Below, one piece after another: positions 55,717 to 64,000 of a stretch of 64,000 nucleotides of DNA. The stretch is taken from assembly GCA_964016885.1 (NCBI GenBank), contig OZ024742.1, positions 96,782,001 through 96,846,000 on the forward strand, given 5' to 3'. Both the position numbers and the translations under genes were made by a program. The DNA comes from Eledone cirrhosa (lineage: Eukaryota). Position 1 is the stretch's first letter. Each line of letters begins with the position of its first letter. The notes under the pieces were generated by a model. That model was not told where the DNA came from and searched no databases. It saw only the letters and a list, made by a program, of their open reading frames with translations.

Positions 55717-56614
55717 CGTGGTATTTTCTGCGGGGTTATAAGAGGCTTAGCTCTGTTTCTCGACCGTTATATCGCGTGACTATCTCCCCCTCCACCTTTT
55801 GGGATTCTTTCTCACGTCGTGTAGACGCGTTCTTGAGACTAGTAAAATGAGGTATCCTCTTGATAAGTCGGCAGACCTCGCAAGGACTCTATGTCTTTAT
55901 GATATATTGTTTTTGTTTATGCCACGAAACTACGTAGTCGAGGAATTTAGGAGCAGTTTAGGTATGATACATTTTATTACTAATTATATCTAAATGTTTC
56001 TTCTCTCTTCATAATGTATTTTTAACTCTGATACTGGTTCAGTCTGGTTCAACCGAATTGGTCTGTCCCAGTCATTCATTGAGCAACATCGGTGAAGTTG
56101 GCACCCTTAACTCACAGTTGGGTGCGGATGCATTCATGTATATATGAGTGTGTCCGCATGTATCTGTGTATTTCTAAATATATTGTTAATAACTCCCTCT
56201 GGTCGAGCAATCTTTGAAGTGTGGGGACAGCTGGAAAGCTTCCATTACTCATACTTCTCGCCTTCTTCACCACCTCTTCTGCGGCCTCGATATAAATACC
56301 CCCTCCGCCTCCGTGGTATTTTCTTCGGGGTTATAAGAGGCTTAGCTCTGTTTCTCGACCGTTATATCGCGTGACTATCTCCCCCTCCGCCTTTTGGGAT
56401 TCTTTCTCACGTCGTGTAGACGCGTTCTTGAGACTAGTAAAATGAGGTATCCTCTTGATAAGTCGACAGACCTCGCAAGGACTCTATGTCTTTATGATAT
56501 ATTGTTTTTGTTTATGCCACGAAACTACGTAGTCGAGGAATTTAGGAGCAGTTTAGGTATGATACATTTTATTACTAATTATATCTAAATGTTTCTTCTC
56601 TCTTCATAATGTAT
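55714..56614 (+). mobile_element. Retrozyme-like element: 306-bp LTR-like direct repeats, 595-nt unit, inserted in (TA)n
   Basis: 55714-56019 vs 56309-56614 differ at about 4 positions; each holds an HHR fold; CpG-rich and apparently non-coding. Confidence 0.85.
55855..55944 (+). ncRNA. Variant hammerhead ribozyme, U3:A8 core (second copy 56450-56539)
   Basis: tcctc TTGATAA gt(c)ggca..tgccac GAAA ctacgtag TC gagga; GUC cleavage after 55939 and 56534. Confidence 0.75.
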
Positions 56615-56620
56615 ATATAT

Positions 56621-56685
<65 letters not shown>

Positions 56686-56699
56686 TACACATACACATG

Positions 56700-56731
<32 letters not shown>

Positions 56732-56806
56732 GATATATATATATGCATATATATATATATATGCATATATATATATATATATATATATGCATATATACAA
56801 ATATGC

Positions 56807-56901
<95 letters not shown>

Positions 56902-57366
56902 CACATATATACACATACACAGATATGTCTGTGTGTGTGTATATATGTTTATCAGTAGATCGATACATATACACACATACTCTGCTGGGTGTAGAAAATT
57001 ACAGCCATAAATAATGTCACAAAACGTATTAGATTCCTTCTCACAGCAAGCTAACCTCTAAACTAAGAGTGTACACCAATTCCTCTGCTTCTTCTTGACT
57101 TTCTTTTTATATGTTTTTTCTGCATATTATTATAGTTATCATCATTAATATTATTGATGTTGTTGTCGTTTTGGATTTTGCTAATGCAAACCATAAACAA
57201 TCAGCTAAGTTTAGAATGAGAAAGAAATGTAAAGTTTAAAAAAAGGTACATATTATGCACGTATCTGCATCTCTGTTTATGATGTGTGTACTTGTATGTA
57301 TGTAAAAGCTGTCCAACCCTTGCTGGCATGGAAGGCAGATATTAAATGATGACAACGATGATGATT

Positions 57367-57439
<73 letters not shown>

Positions 57440-58042
57440 TCACACACACACATATGCATGCAAATGCATGTGCCTACACGCACCTAAATATATTGGAGAG
57501 GATTGAAGTGATATCCTACATATACCACTATAGGAAATCCCATCCACCTATATATATATATATACACACTTACCCACGTAAAGAGAGCGGTAGCGATAGA
57601 AAAAGAAAGTGAAGGAGGCGGAAGAGGATCTACAAGAAAAGAATAAATAAACAAAGAACAAAATCCAATAAACAACTTCAACAACAAGAACAAACAAGCT
57701 CTTAGCCCCAACTTCACCCTTGCGTCCATCTATCTGTACACTGCTCTAATATATAAAATATAGTGTCTTTTGAATCAAGTGATGCATAGCCAAACACTAA
57801 GTCCGATTTCTATACTGTAATTATCTTAATGCTGACATCCTTCCTATATTTCTAAACACGTACTCACCAATTCATCTGTATTGAATATTTTCAACAGTAA
57901 ACACTGTTTATTACGCACACACATACACACACTCACTCACACACATACACACACACCTATATATACATATAATATATATATATGTATATATATTATATAT
58001 ATATATATATGTATATATATTAGATATATATATATATATATG

Positions 58043-58140
<98 letters not shown>

Positions 58141-58282
58141 TATATATATATTTATATATATATTTATATATATACACACAGACATATATGTACAAATATG
58201 AGATGTGTGTAATGGAATGGAATCATTGAAGACTGTATGTGTGTGTACATGTGTTTATATGTCTGTATAAATGTATGTGTGC

Positions 58283-58323
<41 letters not shown>

Positions 58324-58330
58324 CATATAT
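56612..58330. repeat. Several (TA)n/(CA)n microsatellite tracts
   Basis: Tracts at 56612-56945, 57369-57450 and 57915-58330. Confidence 0.9.
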
Positions 58331-59500
58331 GTTTGTTTATATATGTTTATATGGTTGTATGGTTGTTCTCATACATATATGTGCACACAGGGATATGAGA
58401 TGGTGTGTTTGTGGTTTTGGTGTGGGGCAACATACGTGATTAGATATACAAATATATGTGTGCCATTGAACTGAGGCTCTGAAGAAGATGTTTGTGTTGT
58501 ATGTATGCATTTATTTATTTGTATATATGTATGTGTATGTGTGTACACATACATGCCTGTGTATGTATGTTTATGTTATCTTTCTTTTTCAATTATTTGA
58601 ATTCCTCCTTTAAATGTAGGAACTGGTTTCTAACAATGAACCACAAATACTATTACTGAAATTTAGATAACAACAACAGTGAGCAATTATGTTGAATTTT
58701 TGTAAATATCTTGCATATTTTCAGTGTTCCACTTACAGATTCTATTTCCAAAGTTTATATACTCATCATTTTCCTCTCCTGAAAATCTAGGCTTTTTGCT
58801 TTACTTTATAAACTCTGAAAATAAAAATAACTCTCAAGTACTGGATGATGTGATACTACTACTACTGTTACGCAACATTAGGAGGTGACAATTGCAATAA
58901 CCTAGACATATGTTAAACAGTCTGCGGGGATGGATTTGTAGTGACTTGTCACTTCTGCAATTACTGAGTAAAAGACTGGACTAGGTCATAAACAAATTGT
59001 ATGGTTTGATTGTGCAAAAATGGTCAGCAACAAATTTATTAAAGTGGAAAATATGCTTAAGAATAGATTAGATTGGAGAGGAATTTTTCATCGCATTTTT
59101 CTAACCATCAAACATGATAAGGCAAGGTGCTGCTGCCTCTTTTCTCATTTGAGTTTATTTTTGTGACCTTTTCTCCTCTGACTTTGACTTATTTCCAGTC
59201 ATGTTTTCCTACTGAGATCTTTTCCTGTGAATTTATTCTTGACTCCCTTTTTATATCAATGTCTGCATTGTCCAATGAAGCATTCAGGAGAATGGTTTGT
59301 GGGATTAGAGAGATTAGAGCTATCAGTTAAAACAGACGAATATTGTAATGAAATATGTTCAGGTCAAATTTAACTATTCAAAAATATTGCTGCATTTGCT
59401 AGTTTTGTTGGTAATCTGTGTATGCATATGGTATTTTGTGCAGGTCAAACTAAAGAAATAAGGTTTAATGTGTCAAACATGCATTATATATATATATAAT

Positions 59501-59690
59501 GGGGGCGGTGAATTGGCAGTATCAGTAGAGGGTTGGACGCTATGCTTTCTAGCATAGTTACGTCCCTTTACGGTTTGAGTTCAAATCCCGTCGAGGTTAA
59601 CTTTGCCTTTCATCCTTACGGGGTCGATAAAATAAAGTACCAGTAGTGTACTGGTTAATTGCTGGCCTTGTGCCAAAAGTAAAAACAATT
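59501..59690 (+). mobile_element. tRNA-derived SINE, full length
   Basis: Same family consensus as 18676-18862. Confidence 0.9.
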
Positions 59691-59779
59691 ATATATATAT
59701 ATATGTAATGTGAATAATTGGTGTCCATGAAATGTGTTATAAGTTGTGTACTAGCGTGGTACAAGTGGTATTTCTACTG

Positions 59780-60050
59780 AGTGAGCAGGAACTTGTTAAA
59801 ACATGGACACATATTAAAGAATCTATTTTTGTATTTAAGTAATTAAGATTATTCAATTCCACCTCTGCGTGTGTTTCCTCTGCTGCAGAAATCTGGCATT
59901 TCTTGTATCCATTGGTGTATGGATTGCATCTTTTTGAGATTTTCCATTTGATACTCCTATCTTTCAGTTCCCATGGTTGGTCATTGTAGTGATATACCCT
60001 CCTCAATGTATTTGAAATGCATAGTGTCATAGAAAAATCTTTATCCATGT
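59780..60050 (-). pseudogene. Penelope-like GIY-YIG endonuclease C-terminal remnant
   Basis: WELKD..IKWKISKRCNPYTNGYKKCQI...EE..LNTK....CVH, same motif pattern as the 30142 and 52580 fragments. Confidence 0.65.
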
Positions 60051-60305
60051 CCCCTCACCCGTTTTGTATGCATGTGCAGTACTTCTTATTTGTGGAGGAA
60101 CTGGGATTTTGTATATGAGCAGTTCAAATTTGCTTTAAGATTAGTACTGTTGCACTTCCAATATAAAAATCTTAACCACAAGTAAACCTTTCAAACATAC
60201 TATTCCAGCTTGTTAATGTAAAAAACTTAAAATATTTTGGTTGTATATGAAGCTGAAGTTACTTCAACCATATATTATATGTATCACATTTAATCTTTCT
60301 CACAC

Positions 60306-60341
<36 letters not shown>

Positions 60342-60489
60342 TAAAATAACAGATTAAAATTTTATCTTTAATCTGTTATTTTAATAAATATTTGCTCGAC
60401 GGTTCTTATATATTTGATATATATTTATCCTTATCGAGCCCTCTTTGGATTTTAGTCTTCAAATTTATTATTATTACTATATATATATA

Positions 60490-60490
60490 T

Positions 60491-60570
<80 letters not shown>
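60490..60570. repeat. (GA)n microsatellite
   Basis: Directly visible. Confidence 0.97.
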
Positions 60571-60577
<7 letters not shown>

Positions 60578-62029
60578 TTTCAACTTTAATTTCCTATATA
60601 TCAAATTGCATTTGTGTGTGAAATAAAATCACGTGTTCATTCTTGATTATACGGATATACAAAATTTTGAAATTGCATGATGCATATATGTATGTATATA
60701 TATGCACATGAATATATGTTTGTTTCTACAAACTCTCTCACATTACACTTCACACACAATGCATTCATTCATATTTATAGAAAACTATGTTAACCATCTT
60801 CACATAAGTGAGAACAGAACAGAGTAAGTACACCTTGTGAACATCATCACATTCATCTTAACCCTTTCATTACCATATTTCTAATGGAATACACAATATT
60901 TTTATTAATTAATGAAGAATGTGAGAGGTTTACTAAAATTATGAATTATTTAATTATGAAGATGCTACTTTTAACATATCTTTAAAGGTTTTTGTATTAA
61001 ATATTGTTGCAAGATTTAAATTTAAATTGGGTCACTTTAAAACATGTGGTCTGGAGTCATAACACTAGAGACAGGTATCAAAAGGATTAATCATATTGTT
61101 ATGAAAGGTATCACCTCATAAACACTCACTACAACTACCATTGTCATTATTATTATCCACTAGCAAGACCTACAAGAAAATGTAACCAAATCTCTCTCAA
61201 TCATTTTTTCATCAGAAGTATCACCTCATATATATGTTGTTGTCATGCATCTCTATCACCTTCAACACCATCATAACCAAAACTATTACTATCATCATCA
61301 CCATCATAACCATCACTAACATTTCTCTATGCAGCTGGTTTCTTGACCTGCAAGAACAATTAGCCAAATTTTCCACCAAATTGCACTACAGTTAGAGTGA
61401 ATGTTTGAGGTCCTATGCTTCCTACATTTAAGGTAAAGACAGAATAGTTACAGCTGGAATGCCTTTGATCATAGGTCTGCCGCATTTCACCATCATTACC
61501 AACACCACTATGATAACACCATCATCACCAAAACTGTCATAATCCATCACTGTCATCACAACCACCGTCATCACTAACACCGTCATCATCAACACCCATC
61601 ATCACCAAGCACCCATCATCATTAACCATCATCATCACCAACCACTGTGATCACCAACCACCATGATCACCAACACCCATCATCATCAACAACCATCATC
61701 ACCAACACTATCATCACCAACCACCATCATCACCAATCACTATTATCACCAACCACCGTCATCATCAACACTCGTCATCACCAAGCATCAGTATCACCAA
61801 CATACATTATCACCAACACCATTATCACCAGCCCGCATCATCGCCAAGCCCCGCATCATCACCAAGCACCAGTATCACCAACAACCATCATCACTAAGCC
61901 TCCGTCATCACCAAGCACCTGTCATCGCCAAGCACCCGTCATCGCCAAGCCCCACCCCGCCATTGCCAAGCCCCCCGCCATCACCAAGCAGCCATCATCA
62001 CCAAGCACCAGTATCACCAACCTCGGTCA

Positions 62030-64000
62030 TCAACAAACACCAGTATCACCAGCCCCCGTCATCACCAAGCACCCGTATCACCAACCCCCCGTCATCACCA
62101 AGCACCAGTATCACCCCCCCCCGTCATCGCCAAGCACCAGTATCAGCAAACCCCCGCCATAATCAAGCACCTGTATCACCCCCCCCCCGTCATCACCAAG
62201 CACCAGTATCACCAACCCCCCGTCATCACCAAGCACCAGTATCACCCCCCCGTCATCACCAAGCACCAGTATCACCCCCCCGTCATCACCAAGCACCAGT
62301 ATCACCCCCCCGTCATCACCAAGCACCAGTATCACCAACCCCCGTCATCACCAAGCACCAGTATCACCAACGCCCCTTCATCACCAAGCACCAGTATCAC
62401 CAACCCCCCGTCATCACCAAGCACCAGTATCACCCCCCGTCATCACCAATCACCAGTATCATCCCCCCCCCCGTCATCACCAAGCACCAGTATCACCAAC
62501 CCCCGTCATCACCAAGCACCAGTATCACCACCCCCCCGTCATCACCAAGCACCAGTATCACCCCCCCCCGTCATTACCAAGCACCAGTATCACCAACGCC
62601 CCTTCATCACCAAGCACCAGTATCACCAACCCCCCGTCATCACCAAGCACCAGTATCATCCCCCCCCGTCATCACCAAGCACCAGTATCACCCCCCGTCA
62701 TCACCAAGCACCAGTATCACCCCCCCCCCCCCCCGTCATCACCAAGCACCAGTATCACCAACCCCCGTCATCACCAAGCACCAGTATCACCCCCCCGTCA
62801 TCACCAAGCACCAGTATCACCCCCCCCCGTCATCACCAAGCACCAGTATCACCAACCCCCGTCATCACCAAGCACCAGTATCACCAACGCCCCTTCATCA
62901 CCAAGCACCAGTATCACCAATCCCCCGTCATCACCAAGCACCAGTATCACCCCCCCGTCATCACCAAGCACCAGTATCACCCCCCGTCATCACCAAGCAC
63001 CAGTATCACCCCCCCCCCCCCCCCGTCATCACCAAGCACCAGTATCACCAACCCCCGTCATCACCAAGCACCAGTATCACCACCCCCCCCCGTCATCACC
63101 AAGCACCAGTATCACCCCCCCCCGTCATTACCAAGCACCAGTATCACCAACCCCCGTCATCACCTAGCACCAGTATCACCAACCCCCGTCATCACCAAGC
63201 ACCAGTATCACCCCCCCCCCGTCATCACCAAGCACCAGTATCACCAACCCCCCGTCATCACCAAGCACCAGTATCACCCCCCCCCCCGTCATCGCCAAGC
63301 ACCAGTATCAGCAACCCCCCGCCATCACCAAGCACCAGTATCACCCCCCCCCGTCATCACCAAGCACCAGTATCACCAACCCCCCGTCATCACCAAGCAC
63401 CAGTATCACCCCCCCGTCATCACCAAGCACCAGTATCACCCCCCCCGTCATCACCAAGCACCAGTATCACCCCCCCCCCCCGTCATCACCAAGCACCAGT
63501 ATCACCAACCCCCGTCATCACCAAGCACCAGTATCACCAACGCCCCTTCATCACCAAGCACCAGTATCACCAACCCCCCGTCATCACCAAGCACCAGTAT
63601 CACCCCCCCATATCACCAAGCACCAGTATCACCCCCCGTCATCACCAAGCACCAGTATCACCCCCCCCCGTCATCACCAAGCACCAGTATCACCAACCCC
63701 CGTCATCACCAAGCACCAGTATCACCACCCCCCCGTCATCACCAAGCACCAGTATCACCCCCCCCGTCATTACCAAGCACCAGTATCACCAACCCCCGTC
63801 ATCACCTAGCACCAGTATCACCAACCCCCGTCATCACCAAGCACCAGTATCACCCCCCCGTCATCACCAAGCACCAGTATCACCAACCCCCGTCATCACC
63901 AAGCACCAGTATCACCAACCCCCGTCATTACCAAGCACCAGTATCACCCCCCCGTCATCACCAAGCACCAGTATCACCAACCCCCGTCATTACCAAGCAC
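62030..64000. repeat. Minisatellite, ~29-38-bp unit, about 60 copies, running off the window
   Basis: Unit gtcatcaccaagcaccagtatcacc[aa]-C(n); length varies mostly in the C run; preceded by a degenerate (CATCAC)-like zone at 61480-62030. Confidence 0.97.

Noticed and set aside
61647-62338. Pro/Thr/His-rich mucin-like ORFs
   Set aside because: Arise from the low-complexity repeat; variable C runs break the frame.
62030-64000. CRISPR-like array
   Set aside because: The intervening sequences are only C runs with or without aa, not unique spacers; no cas genes; eukaryotic context.

Overview
AT-rich eukaryotic (animal) genomic DNA, very likely a coleoid cephalopod such as Octopus. That is an inference from the (TA)n/(TG)n microsatellite load and the SINE/RTE families. 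It is almost entirely intronic or intergenic and built from nested transposon debris: two decayed Gypsy LTR retrotransposons, RTE LINEs, more than 10 tRNA-derived SINE copies, decayed hAT-like transposases, fold-back elements, Penelope-like element (PLE) fragments and a terminal ~2 kb minisatellite. The most-ORF-track entries are microsatellite artefacts. The main finding is a dense set of type I hammerhead ribozyme (HHR) motifs between 29.8 and 56.6 kb: 14 recognisable copies in about 7 sequence families, identified by eye. They occur in three architectures. (i) Two elements with no RT or endonuclease ORF are bounded by HHR-bearing direct repeats (retrozyme-like; predicted monomers 595 and 1330 nt), and one has a compensatory U3:A8 catalytic core. 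(ii) Three palindromes carry head-to-head HHR pairs. (iii) HHRs sit in the 3' regions of decayed PLE GIY-YIG or RT fragments. Four different HHR families share a GTYGAGTGCT motif 68-95 nt downstream of the cleavage site. The only host-gene candidate is a weak two-exon 3' end at 48.35-48.56 kb. No database searches or folding computations were run.
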